A stretch of 59,197 nucleotides of DNA, filler included, from Catajapyx aquilonaris (taxonomy: Eukaryota), in assembly GCA_000934665.2 (NCBI GenBank). It is 4 parts of 4 records of this genome, joined end to end, with 100 filler letters (N's around TTAATTAATTAA, not from the genome) between each part and the next. Parts side by side here need not be neighbours in the genome. Positions count along the whole stretch, not along the records: positions 1 to 14,725 come from JYFJ02007703.1; positions 14,826 to 29,562 come from JYFJ02007704.1; 2 more parts are not named here. One strand, written 5' to 3'. The position numbers and the translations under genes are program-made. The notes under the pieces were generated by a model. It searched no databases. It was not told where the DNA came from and was given only the letters and a program-made list of their open reading frames with translations. Position 1 is the first letter of the stretch, and the number at the start of each line of letters is the position of its first letter. Shown piece after piece: positions 11,687 to 22,984 of the stretch.

Positions 11687-13192
11687 TCAATCCTTCTCTG
11701 CAATGGCTGTCAAATGACGCTCCAGCTCGACTTCATCCAAAACCCTGCAAAACATGAGGATCATTCAGTACTGACAAAAATTCCTTCCAATATGATAATT
11801 ACCTGAACTTAGGATTTTCCTTCGAGACAACACCCACTTCGATCTCAGAAGCCTTGAAATCAGCTGAGAGCACAGTTGACAGGCAAGTGATAGCCAGCTG
11901 CAATTAATGCCATTATCATTTAAAGACCACTTCTCATACCAGTATTGTACAAAGTATTCAGGAACAAAAAAATTATTTGAAAAAGTTTAATGCCAAGTGC
12001 TACTGCAGCCAAAATGATGATTAACTCTCCAACATTTATGGGAAACTGGCTATGTCTCTGTGCTCCAACATGAGCATGTGTACAGTGTTGGTCATTAATC
12101 AAGGCATGCTGCTAGCGACATTTTCCGAAGCGGCAGAAGAAGGAATCGAAGCTAAGGATAGTGCAAGCCGGGCGAGCAAGATTCCTTCTTCCGCTTTGGA
12201 AAATGTCACTAGCAGCTGCATCGATTAATGTCCAACACTGTACCTACAAACCTTTCGTGTCTAACATGGCATATTCTCACTAGAGCAGAGACATCATTGC
12301 TTTTAGAGTAGACCTACACTCATTGGTGAACCACATGAATAGATGGCTGCCATCATACCTGAATGGCCTCCTCCTGAGTGTAGTCCTTCTTTTTCTTGTA
12401 CTTCTTCTCCAGGTAGGAATTGGCCTCAGTCTGCTTGACTCCCACACTGGTAGCCCTATATCCACAATAGTAACCTGCTGGATCGGCCTTGAAAACACGA
12501 GGTCCCTCTGCGCACATATCCCCATCTCCTGAGTCATATGCTATTATCATCATGCTGCATCCCAATGGACGCATCTCTGCATTTTGGGTATACACCTGGG
12601 AGATGTCTGCAATGCGCCGGCACAGCATGTCTGCAGGTATCTCATACCCATACTTGTATTTCCAGTTGGCTGCTTCATAGCGAGCACGCTGGACCTGTTG
12701 TGGAGTATAAAGTACCCTTTTCAGATTACACTTAAGAAGTAACCAACAGGTACTATATCGCTCAAAAACAGAGATGATTTTGCATTTGACTCAAGTGCAG
12801 CCTGCACTTGAATCAAATGCAAAATCGTCTCTATGTTTTTGAGCGATATAGTACATTATTATCCTGCCACAACAAGGTATAAATAAATGCACCATTGGAC
12901 TTGTCATTCTCCATTCAAGAATTTAATAACAATTGAAAAATTTACGCTTGCCCTAGCCCTGTACCATCATTTGCACAAAAGCACATATGTGGACTTACCT
13001 GTGACCTGCTGTCAGCTGCCATTCCAGTCATGACACACCCAATATGAGGGGTGAGCTTGAAGAGGTGGGTGACACTCTCAGGGTCAATCAACTTGTCTGG
13101 AATCTTCTTCTGGGTGGCCACCACGGCTGAATCAGTCCCTTTCACACCAACCGAGGTCAAACCGCCTTGGTTGATCGCCTTGAATGCATACT
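11687..13192 (-). CDS. PSMA6: Proteasome subunit alpha type-6; exons 13192-12999, 12694-12359, 11897-11803, 11744-11687; exon 1 not on this contig
   Basis: [15 protein letters not shown]..., [83 protein letters not shown]. All introns are GT-AG and phase-consistent. Confidence 0.96.
12083..12240. mobile_element. Hairpin MITE (TA-flanked) in a PSMA6 intron
   Basis: TA|CAGTGTTGG(T/A)CATTAATC...CCAACACTG|TA with ~65-bp imperfect arms. Confidence 0.75.
12750..12854. repeat. Near-perfect palindrome (MITE) in a PSMA6 intron
   Basis: GTACTATATCGCTCAAAAACA-GAGATGATTTTGCATTTGACTCAAGTGCAG, then its reverse complement with almost no loop. Confidence 0.8.
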
Positions 13193-13475
13193 CTGTAATA
13201 AAAATATGATCATAAATACCCCTAGTTTCTCAAATCACAGCAATACATACACTACATAATCAAGGGCATCAGCACACATCCACAATGAGCAGAACACATC
13301 ACTCTTCAATATCTGCCTGTGCAGTTTTGAGTTTCCCACACCCTGTTGAATGCAGCTTAGGGTTTATTTGTCTTATGAAATGTGGTGTTAAGGTTGGTGC
13401 ACAACTGTGGAACATGAATGTGTGCCAGATCAAACTATTTATTATGAACCTGACTAACTGCCATCTTTCTAGGAG

Positions 13476-13798
13476 TGATGAAGTGGCGCTGCGGTAATGG
13501 ATGCGCCCATGGATGTAAGGGTACCTGATTCGATACCAAGCCCGGGCATTCCCTCCCTTCATCTCGTGACGAGTTAGGGGGTCATCTCTGGCTTTGTCTC
13601 AGGTGGGATTTCCGCTAGACTAACCACCCGGGGGAGTTCACAAAAATGACCACAGCAACTTTACTGCACTGCACATTACACATGCCCTCCCACTCATCCC
13701 CCCCTGGGCATTACGAAAAAGGACCAAAGCTTGTACCTCTAAATAGCAAAAATAAAGGTACCATGCCAGATGCTCATCAAGGGCGGTGCACTAAACCC

Positions 13799-13845
<47 letters not shown>
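13476..13845 (+). mobile_element. tRNA-derived SINE, copy 2, with (TTA)n tail
   Basis: A box TGGCGCTGCGG, degenerate B box GATTCGATACC, shared body, and (TTA)n at about 13799-13848. Confidence 0.75.
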
Positions 13846-13849
<4 letters not shown>

Positions 13850-13850
<1 letters not shown>

Positions 13851-14642
13851 CCTAATAAGACAGGTGATTTTTCGCGTTTTTGCAAGTATCTGCAAAAAAT
13901 TCGCTTTCTTTGGGACTTGGGGGACGAGACTTGACAACACTGGTGAATAAGATCGTATAGTGTCCAGGCGTGATCCTGAGGCCATCTATGTGACCCTCCT
14001 CTCATACATACGCAGTGGAACCTCTCAAATGCAAAACGAGGTGGCGCAGATGGGTTTGTTTCGTGCCTACTCCAATTTGTTGTCACTCTGCTTGATTGAC
14101 AAAAATTATCGGTATGTAGCCTTGGCACCTCTGAAAAAAGCCATACACAAGCACATAGCATGAATTTTGATAAACACACGAGTATAAACATCCTTCAGCA
14201 ACAGCTATTCAAAAGGCGCGAGGGGGAAATGTTCCCTACAGCCACACGAAGGCCGGCGTTGAAGTGCGCAGACTCCCAGCAACTGATTGTTTATTTATTT
14301 TAAAACTATTGAATCATCTTTTGCACTAATTTTAGGGTGGAATCTCTTGAGGAGGTTTGGGGGCAACTATGTATGCCAAAAATTTGCCGGTCAAGGTCGG
14401 ATTTTTTTTTTTCGAAGTTTTTTTTTCAGAGGCAGCAAAAAGATGATTTCTTTCAAGTTAATTTGGTTAATCCGGTTTATTTATGCACGATTTTGTAGTC
14501 CAAAACGCGCGATTTTTTACGCGACAGAAAATTAAAAAAGCCACACAGAAACCACGTTACATAGTGGGAAAACGCTATAGTTTCGCCAGCAGAATTTTTT
14601 AAAGCCACTGTCACAGCATGTGTGACGTCCGTCTTATTAGGG
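13850..14642. mobile_element. piggyBac-type non-autonomous element inserted in the SINE microsatellite tail
   Basis: TTAA|CCCTAATAAGAC...GTCTTATTAGGG|TTAA. TAA/TTA repeats resume after 14646. Confidence 0.85.
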
Positions 14643-14725
14643 TTAATAATAATAATTATTATTCTTATTATTAAAACTGCCATCTTTCTCCTTCCCTGCC
14701 CACATTTGCATGGTATGTTTCAGCC

Positions 14726-14825
14726 NNNNNNNNNNNNNNNNNNNNNNNNNNNNNNNNNNNNNNNNNNNNTTAATTAATTAANNNNNNNNNNNNNNNNNNN
14801 NNNNNNNNNNNNNNNNNNNNNNNNN
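14726..14825. other. Artificial contig linker
   Basis: 44 N + TTAATTAATTAA (stop codons in all six frames) + 44 N. Confidence 0.97.
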
Positions 14826-14854
14826 GGCGGAGCCCCCCCGCCTCGCAAAGCGAG
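14826..14854 (+). mobile_element. 3' end of a Helitron, same family as 22985-23818
   Basis: GGCGGAGCCCCCCCGCCTCGCAAAGCGAG|T vs GGCGGAGCCCCCCGTCTCGCAAAGCTAG|T in the full copy. Confidence 0.6.
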
Positions 14855-14979
14855 TTTTTTGAATAAGGTGGTTAACAAATCGGCTTATATTGTGATAGTG
14901 GACAATAACATAAAATTCAGAGATTAGAACCGCATTTTTGTTTATGTTTGTGAGTCTTGCACTATTTTAATTATTTCAG

Positions 14980-15442
14980 AGGCTTGCAAGGTGCCGTTCC
15001 AGAATATTGGTTCGGGATGCTACTACTTCGGAAGTGGAAATTTGAGAAGAAATTGGTGGAGGGCTGCTGAGTACTGCAGGATTATTGGTGGAAACCTCAT
15101 TACCATTGAGACTCCAGTGGAAAACGATTACGTTCAAGAATACCTGTTGAGAAGTACGAAGCATCATTTACAACCTCATCTAACATGTAGGCCTACTAAT
15201 TTCGTTTCGCAAATTTTCCTCAGGCTAGTTTCTTCCCCGGCGGATGCGACCTAGGTCATGAAGGAACCTGGTATTGGCAAGGAACACTGAGGTCCGCTGA
15301 ATTTTCTGATTGGTTTCCGAGACAACCGGACAATGCTGGAGGGATTGAAAATTGCTTGACTCTGGAGACGCAGTTTGGATTTCGCTGGAACGACAGGCCC
15401 TGCTCCATAACAAACAACTTTGGATTTATATGTGAAGCTTAA
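14980..15442 (+). pseudogene. C-type lectin A (perlucin-like, QPD/WND); exons 14980-15153 and ~15213-15442; last acceptor mutated; first exon absent
   Basis: Paralog of 16038-16751: CYYF..NWWRAAEYCRIIGGNL and RQPDNAGGIENC..WNDRPC..FICEA*. The homologous acceptor reads CAA, not CAG, and nearby AGs are out of frame. Confidence 0.65.
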
Positions 15443-16037
15443 TTGCACTCTGACGTTTACTAGTTTGAAGCTTGTGGTTGTTTGTAGCCTCATGTAAAAT
15501 GTGCACTACTTGAGAATGCTATGGAATAAAACTATATGACTAATAAAGCGTAGCGAGTATCGTACATATATCTTCTGAGATTGAATTGCGATTTAGCCAC
15601 AGGTTATCACCAGGGTGTATTGTCCTGTTGTGAGATAAGCAATTTGTTAACAAAAATATGGCATAAAACAGCCGCCTGAAATCACGGTCATTATTTTCTA
15701 AATTCATTATCAGGATACGGAATTAACAAAATGCCATCATCTAAATCTGGCAAGTGAACTGCAATTTGGTCAAAAACGGAGGAAATCCGCAGTGAAATTA
15801 CTCATTCGTCATAATCTGCCATATTGCGCATAGAATTTTATTATCAGATACGATTAAAAAATGAAACTCATCAGACTGATATGAAAGTGCTTGAGGTAAA
15901 TTGCTGCACTATACAAGACATTGACCTTCTCTTTCATTGTACTCTGGTACCGACAGCGCCTATGCTTATCACTATGAGGTTCAATATGAAATGTATTACG
16001 TGTGTTTCACAGTGAGCAGTGTTCCATCACTTTCACA

Positions 16038-16751
16038 ATGACGCAGGTGGTAGCAACAATTGTCGTGACTTTGTTGGTGTCATCAGTGGCATCAGGACCA
16101 TCTCCACCTCATCCTTTATCCCGTGTGAAACCCGCAGCTGTCTATGAAAGTAAGCCTAATATTGTTACCTTTATAGAGCTATACAGGGTGGTCCAAAATG
16201 GTTACAAAATCCGGAACGTATATAAAGTGAGGCTTAATTTCAAATGATTTTCTGATTCATTGCGATGCATTTCAGGGGCCTGTAAGGTGCCCTTTCTGAA
16301 CATTGGTTCAGGATGCTACTATTTTGGTGTTTTCAAGCTGACGAAAAACTGGTGGCAATCTGCTGAGTACTGCAGGATCATTGGAGGAAACCTGCTGACC
16401 ATAGACGATCCGGTTGAAAACCAGGACATTCAAGACTATTTGCTGAGAAGTAAGCTTTTTACAACAATATCGCACAATATATTATTGTGCCCAAGTTCCG
16501 GCTACAATATTAGTGTTAACTTTACAGATTACCCTCAACGCGAATTCTTCATCGGTGGGTACGACCTTGGTCACGAAGGACTTTGGTATTGGCAGGCAAC
16601 ACTGAAGCCTATTGGATTCACTGACTGGTATCCTGGAGAACCAGACAACGCTGGAGGGAGTGAAAATTGCTTGGTTATGGATTGTAATCATGGATATCTC
16701 TGGAACGACGTGCGTTGCATCGACACAACTGACTTCATATGTGAAGCTTAG
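16038..16751 (+). CDS. Secreted single-domain C-type lectin B (perlucin-like, EPD/WND); exons 16038-16149, 16276-16449, 16528-16751
   Basis: Signal peptide, then GSGCYYF, NWWQSAEYC, FFIGG, WYPGEPDNAGGSENC and WNDVRC..FICE. Both introns are phase-1 GT-AG. Confidence 0.93.
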
Positions 16752-16802
16752 ATATATGTTGCGTTGTCTAGTCAGAAGCATAGATATTAAGTAGCTCGAA
16801 TA

Positions 16803-18045
16803 GTTCACTGTAACGGTAAGGGAATCATTTAAGAAGATCCTTGGATGATTGACATATCGTGTCTTCCTTTGTAATACTCTAATGGCTTACCCAGAACCTG
16901 TCAATGGACTCGTCATCAGCAAGTTGGCCAACACTTTGCCCAACCATTCCTTCATTTATAGCATAAGTTAAGTAGTATCTTCTTATAACCAGGTGGGCGA
17001 AGTAGCTTTTGGCCTTTTGTTGCTTCCCATTCAAGCAAAGATGATGTGCTCAATGGGCATGCTGAGTTGTGTAACAATAGTACTCAGAATTCACTCCCTC
17101 TCAGTACTGATTTACGAAGAGCCATCGATTAACATGTATCCATAATAATTGATACAATCATGACCTTATAGTAATATGCTCAACATGTCAGTCAGGAAGT
17201 TGAACAACACCTTGCCAGGTAGCATATACTACATAAGAGGCAAAAACTTCTGTCGGCGCGGCGCCTTTGATGTTCACGTCTCTCTGTTTGGGGCCGTTGC
17301 CAAGGCTGGCGGCCATTTTTAAGTGTGGGGAACGCCAACGAGGTATAAATAGGCTACAGGCAAAAATATGGTCCGCCATCTTTGATGGTTTTGGCGGCCA
17401 TGGCAACTACATGGTAAGAACACGCGCGAATCAAAGATGGCGGACCCTATTTTTGCCTGTACCCTATTTATACCTCGTTGGCGTTCCCCACACTTCAAAA
17501 TGGCCGCCATCCTTGCCAACGCCCCAAATAGAGAGACGCGGAAATCGAATGTTTGCGCCTCTTATGTAGTATTATGCTCCCTGACCTTGAATTTAATTAC
17601 TTTAAAATTTTATATGAAATATTTACAAGGCATGAGCAGCACACTAGAGATGTGTAGGGTCTGACACGATTATAAATTTTAATATTTTATAAGTTCCTAC
17701 CGCTCCTGTTTTGATCATTTTAGACCGTACATCTCCAGCGTGCTATTAATACCATGCAAATAATTTAATTGAGAATATGGTATCAAAGGCAAGGTGTGGG
17801 CCAACATCCTGATTGACAGGTTGAGCATATTATATTATAAGACCATGTGCCAACCATGGATTCATGTAGAAATGAAGGAATAGTAAACGCAAAACAAGGT
17901 GTGGTCCAACTAGCTCATGACAAGTCCATTGATAGGCTTCGTGGTAAGCCATTTGAATATTTCAATTTGTACGTACAGTATGTCTATCATCCCAGAATTT
18001 TCTAAATATTGACTGGTAGGGCACGAATGCTACGTAAGTGCCGCA
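16803..18045. repeat. Old imperfect foldback centred near 17690; the right arm is the IR upstream region
   Basis: 16845-16940 is the reverse complement of 17895-17990 and 20565-20665. 17160-17215 pairs with 17787-17847. 17619-17661 pairs with 17723-17763. Confidence 0.65.
17216..17583. mobile_element. MITE with 7-bp TSD (P/Galileo-like), copy 1
   Basis: TIR CAGG(G/T)AGCATA..TACTACATAAGAGGC and an internal palindrome. Flanks ACCTTGC/ACCTTGA. An inverted sister copy lies at 38655-39010. Confidence 0.75.
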
Positions 18046-18140
18046 ATGCGCAATTCAGTCGCCATCGCATCTTGATCAGAACAAGGCCGTTGTGTCTTAT
18101 GCTTACCAATCAGGGGAGGATCCTAACACTAATATGAAAA

Positions 18141-20036
18141 ATGTTCTGTAAAATCTTGTCTTGTGTATACTTCTTTTCCCTATTGGAAAGTTGTGCAAAA
18201 GTAACAGTGAAGCCAAGATCCAATGACCATGATGAAGAGACACTTCTGGTGAAATTAGTGTCCAGGATGAGCCAGGAGAACACTCGAATGGTCAACTGCA
18301 CTGTGGCCATTCTACACGATGGACAAGTACTGGACAATGGTCTGGATCAACTGCCCCCTCTGGTGAATACTTCTGTGGTGATTGGTTCACTGAATGAGCA
18401 TGCAAAGAGAGTGAAGGATGGTGATCTGGTTATCCAGAAATCGGGGCAGTGCTTCTTCATTCTCGTTCACTCCAGGAACGTATACAATTTAATACTAATC
18501 AACCAATTCTTTGAAACACTAAGAAAGTATAAAGTTACTCGTGATTACATTCTATACCACTTAAAAGATAGGCAGCAGCACGAAATCCCATATTTTGAAG
18601 CTACTAAAATCATGTACCAATTGGGTGTGGACAGTTTAAAAGAGGAACATGGACAACTGACAGCTAGAATTATGTCACCTTGTCACTTCTGCAATGCAGG
18701 ATATGCCTCAATTGAAGAAAAGAGCGTGTCTTTATTCCAAGACCTGTATTCTGAGATGATCCCGGTGGACTTTCGTGGAAGGGAAATTTACGTTTATACT
18801 CCAGAAAAGTATTTAAATGTGTACTTGGAACAATATTTGCACTACAGACAGACACAAACAAACAACGATTACCGGAACGAACAAAATATGGTGATATTGA
18901 ATGAGAACATGAGCTACACCCAACCTTACCGAATGGATAGCATGCTTATTATAACAAAGCAATTGCTACCAACAATGACATGGACAGTTCTCCTCTTTCC
19001 ATTTTCCTGGCAGGTGACAATACCTTTCATCACCGTGATTGTGGTTCTCACAGCAATGTTTTGGTACCTGTTTAATCGTTCAAATTATGCCAATCTTGTC
19101 AACATCTTCATTTTGAAGGTGTTTCCACCCCTTTTGTGCCAGTCCATCGAAATCAAAGACTTGAAACCTGCTGCGACCTGGATCTTCTGCATGTATTCCT
19201 TCTTCTGTGTCCTGATGTCCAACTTCTTCACTTCAGACATGATCGGACTGCTGATGGACAAGCCAGTTAAAAATGTGGATTCTCTGAAGGATCTTGTGGA
19301 CATGGGCTACGAGTGGGGTGGCTACGAATATGACAAGTTTTATTTTGATTCCTTTGCTGACGTGACCGAGATTGAAGTGGAAAAGGTGATTGCCAATGGG
19401 ATGGAATATTACGATATTACGAAGAACGAATTTGAGTTCATGGTAGACTGTATTCATAGGGTTATATTGGACAAGAAGTATGCATGCTTTATACAAATAA
19501 ATGCACTGAAAACACAGAGCATCAGGGACCCTGAAAACAAACTTCATCAGGATCAGATCCATGTAGTGCGAAGTGAGCTCCCAATATTGATGATTGGGGT
19601 ATCTACTGATATGTATTCAATCACGTATGAGTCTTTTCAACATGGCGTAATGAGATATGTAGATTACGGCATTCTTCAATACGACAATGACCTCAGACAA
19701 AATCGAGAAAGAGAACTGCTAAATATGAGGTGGTTCAAGAGTGGTAAAATTGAGCCTCGACAAAGTGACACCAAATCCCTGGCGATACATAACTTGAAGT
19801 CACCATTCATGGCACTCTTTATCGGATTTTGCATGTCTTCAGTGTGCTTTCTGCTCGAGTTTTGTGTCCATCATGTTGTCAACCAACGTGATCGAACTTT
19901 CCAGATAACTCAACCTCTGGGGAACAAGTTGCATTTGGTGCGACCTATTTCTACACCAAGTCAAACCACGTGTAACTCACATGCTTCACCCAATCCTGAA
20001 ACAAACCTAACATTTACCATTTTGGAAGTGGCATAA
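18141..20036 (+). CDS. Divergent ionotropic receptor (IR), intronless, 631 aa
   Basis: Signal peptide, PCHFCNAG, DFRGREI (start of S1), LFPFSWQV preceding TM1, pore and TM2, VDSLKDLV (S2), RYVDYGIL, and SLAIHNLKSPF..FLLEF (last TM). Confidence 0.88.
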   Translation: MFCKILSCVYFFSLLESCAKVTVKPRSNDHDEETLLVKLVSRMSQENTRMVNCTVAILHDGQVLDNGLDQLPPLVNTSVVIGSLNEHAKRVKDGDLVIQKSGQCFFILVHSRNVYNLILINQFFETLRKYKVTRDYILYHLKDRQQHEIPYFEATKIMYQLGVDSLKEEHGQLTARIMSPCHFCNAGYASIEEKSVSLFQDLYSEMIPVDFRGREIYVYTPEKYLNVYLEQYLHYRQTQTNNDYRNEQNMVILNENMSYTQPYRMDSMLIITKQLLPTMTWTVLLFPFSWQVTIPFITVIVVLTAMFWYLFNRSNYANLVNIFILKVFPPLLCQSIEIKDLKPAATWIFCMYSFFCVLMSNFFTSDMIGLLMDKPVKNVDSLKDLVDMGYEWGGYEYDKFYFDSFADVTEIEVEKVIANGMEYYDITKNEFEFMVDCIHRVILDKKYACFIQINALKTQSIRDPENKLHQDQIHVVRSELPILMIGVSTDMYSITYESFQHGVMRYVDYGILQYDNDLRQNRERELLNMRWFKSGKIEPRQSDTKSLAIHNLKSPFMALFIGFCMSSVCFLLEFCVHHVVNQRDRTFQITQPLGNKLHLVRPISTPSQTTCNSHASPNPETNLTFTILEVA

Positions 20037-20832
20037 TTTTAAACAATAATGATAACTTTCTTTTAGAGATTACTCAATTTGCATGCACAGTTCAGATATA
20101 CCGTATTTCATACACTATACTGGCGTTTTCCTTTAGAGAATTTACAAATTAAATAAAGCCAGCAATATTTTGGTTACAGAAAATGTACTCTATATATTCA
20201 GTGTGCCAGCTTGTGTAACTTGCCGACACTGAAGGATGCTTGCTTGCAGTTTATCAAGTCGTAGTTGTTGTTGTTGTTGTTGGCACTGGCGACAATTAAT
20301 GGACTTCATTGTGTTGTACATTTTCAAAGAAATTTTTAAACATTAAACTCTTGATGTTTCAATCAGTTTATACCTTACATCTATGTTCTATGGTGTACGT
20401 GATACGATAATTTATGTAAATTTTTAATGTGGAATAAGCAATGAAAGGCTAGGTGTGGCTCAACATCTAGATTGACAGGTTGTGCATATTAAAATAAGAC
20501 CACGTGCCAGTCATGGATATATTATGTTACTCTATTAGTATAATGATGGAATAGTTAATGCGGCACAAGGTGTGGTCCAACTTGCTGATGACGAGTCCAT
20601 TGACAGGTTTCGAGGCAATCTATTTGAATATTTCAAAAGCAGACACGATATGTCAATCATCCAATGATATTCATAAATCAGTCACTGACAGTTACAGTTC
20701 ACGAATGCGAAGTGCCGCAATGCGTATTTCAGTCACTAACTCGATCAGAACAAGAACTAGTGTGTATAAGCAAAGCTCACCAATCAGGACAGGATCCTAA
20801 CACTAATTAGAGTGTAAGCCAAACAGATAATT

Positions 20833-21490
20833 ATGTTCTCTAAAGCCCAGTTCTTTGCATGCTTATTATTATTGCTATTGGAAAGTTGTGCAAAGGTGAC
20901 AGTGAAGTCAACCAAGATTCAAGGGCCATGAAGAAGAGACACTTCTGGTGAAAGTGGTGTCCATGATGAGCCAGGAGAACTCTCGACTGGTTAACTGCAC
21001 CTTGGCCATCCTACACGATGGACGAGTACTGGACAAGGGTCTGGAAAAAATTCTGACTCTGTTAAACACTTCCGTGGTGATAGCTGCACTGGAGGGGATT
21101 GCGCATATATTGTGAAAAAAAGTGATATTGTTATTCAACAATCGGGGCAGTGCTTCTTCATTATCGTTCACTCCCAGAACTAACATTATCTCCCATATTT
21201 AAGATTACTCGTGATTTCATCACGTTGCACTTTAAAAATCAGCAACTGCACAAAAGTGTAAATTTTGAGTATACTCAACGCATGTACCAATTAAGTGTGT
21301 GGACAATTTAAAATAAGAAAATGGACAACTGACGTTATTGTCACCGTGCCACTTCTGCAATGGAGGATACTACTCATCAGTTGAAGAAAAGAACGTGACA
21401 TCATTTCAAGATCTGTACTCTGAGATGAGCCCGGTTAACTTTCGCGGAAGAGAAATTTACGTCTCTAATAAAGTACTTGATTTAAATAAC
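20833..21490 (+). pseudogene. Truncated, frameshifted copy of the IR at 18141
   Basis: Colinear nucleotide similarity (EETLLVK.VS.MSQEN.R.VNCT and SPCHFCNGG..FQDLYSEM.PV.FRGREIYV) with indels and stops. The upstream region 20445-20805 is also duplicated. It ends at a poly-G run and SINE. Confidence 0.85.
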
Positions 21491-21514
21491 TACTTGGGGG
21501 GGGGGGGGNGGGGG

Positions 21515-21735
21515 GGGGATAATGTGGCGCCGCGGTAACGCGTGCGCCCACGGATATGAAGGTCCCGGGTTCAATCCCCACCCGGAGTCCCCACCTTTAT
21601 CCGTGCAGAGTTGGGCCATCTCTGGCTTCATTTCGGGTGGAAATTTCCTAAAGACTAATCCACCCGGGGGAGTTCACAAAATGACCACTCAACGACAGCG
21701 CACAGGCACTTTGCACATCCCCTCCTACCTACACT
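21515..21735 (+). mobile_element. tRNA-derived SINE, copy 3 (best-preserved Pol III boxes)
   Basis: A box TGGCGCCGCGG (21525-35), B box GGTTCAATCCC (21568-78), and shared family body. Confidence 0.8.
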
Positions 21736-22654
21736 TGGAGTATGGTAACTAATAAGATCTTCTTAACTCGCTCCAAACAAATTCTGATGGTGGTAATCCA
21801 CCCCCCTATAGACCCAACAGGTCATCACGGGGTAATCCAAAAACGGTAACTTTTAATGTTTTCATCTAAATTTATATTATATATTTATATATTATTTTGA
21901 CGTTAGCGAGCAGAGAAGCATGGGAAGAGAGTACCACCTAAATTGGCATTAAGTAATCCAAATACCTTATCGTAAATGCATGCCAATTATTTTTCATGTC
22001 GTCATTCATTACACATTCACAGGCCTACCAAGACCACCCAGGTTTGAGCAAAAGGAAGAGGCGGATCAAGTACTACCAAGAGCTAATAGCTCTTGGTACA
22101 GCACAGTAACAGTACTTTGCGACAACAGTTTCTCCCCAATAGGACATGGGAGAAAGTTATTTTTCCTACAATATTGTTACTGTTAGTAATGTCACCGCAT
22201 ACTCTGTCAACCAGCAAAGTACGTAATTGTGGTATTCTGGACTCCCAGTGAGTGCTTAACTTGAATCATTGACAAGTATAGTACACCATAGTAGTAGAAT
22301 AACCACACATCTTCTTGACACCCACCGATATGCTTTTCGTGCTCGAAATACTCTCGGGCTTTGATGACACGGTACGTAGACTTCTCTCCACTGCTCAGAT
22401 GATTTCCACTACGACCCTCCATGTTCAGGGTGCAGAAGACACTGTGATACGAGGCAGTAGGACCAAAGATATCGGTAATTATGCTAGTTTAGGGAAACGC
22501 AATACCAGGTAGGGTTGCCTCAAAATGTCACCAACCCGCTAATGACAGCCGTACTTGACTGCTTGCTTCGACTGGCCGAGCACCCTTCATTCCTGGTATT
22601 GGGTCATTCCAGGCCAGGAGGGACAGGATGGAATAACCCAATACCAGGCGGCAG

Positions 22655-22825
22655 GCACCATATCACACAATGATAACGGAGGAGGAGTAGGAAACCCAAA
22701 AAAATTCTGGACAAATTAGGCGATCGTGCAGTGGTTGGACAAAAACGGAATCGAAAAGCCAGAAGACGTCCAGGACTACTCGAAGAAGAGGAAAGCTAAG
22801 TTACTGGGGTCATGTCGAGAGGTCA
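22655..22825 (+). mobile_element. Relic fragment of a Tc1/IS630-like transposase
   Basis: With one frameshift and a stop it reads APYHTMITEE/NPKKFWTN*AIVQWLDKNGIEKPE..KKRKAKLL, resembling the DNAPYH...IxxWLxxNGI...KxELL segment. Confidence 0.5.
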
Positions 22826-22984
22826 TCACGGCATTCCTTATTTGGCTACTACATATTATTTAAGAGATAATTATATTTGGCAAGTGAACTGGGTCAAAAA
22901 CTGAGGAAATAATGAATAATCGCGACATAAATATTATACATCAGTGATAATCTTCCTTATTGCGCATAGGATTTTGTTATCAGA

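Noticed and set aside
13646..14191. ORFs with poly-Y, poly-I or poly-N tracts
   Set aside because: Translations of the (TTA)n microsatellite and adjacent TE sequence.
17188..17664. Overlapping ORFs on both strands, repeated at 38649-39051
   Set aside because: They arise from a GC-rich palindromic MITE and show no protein motifs.
21515..21590. tRNA gene
   Set aside because: Pol III A/B boxes continue into a body shared by three dispersed copies, so it is a SINE head. No clean cloverleaf was seen.
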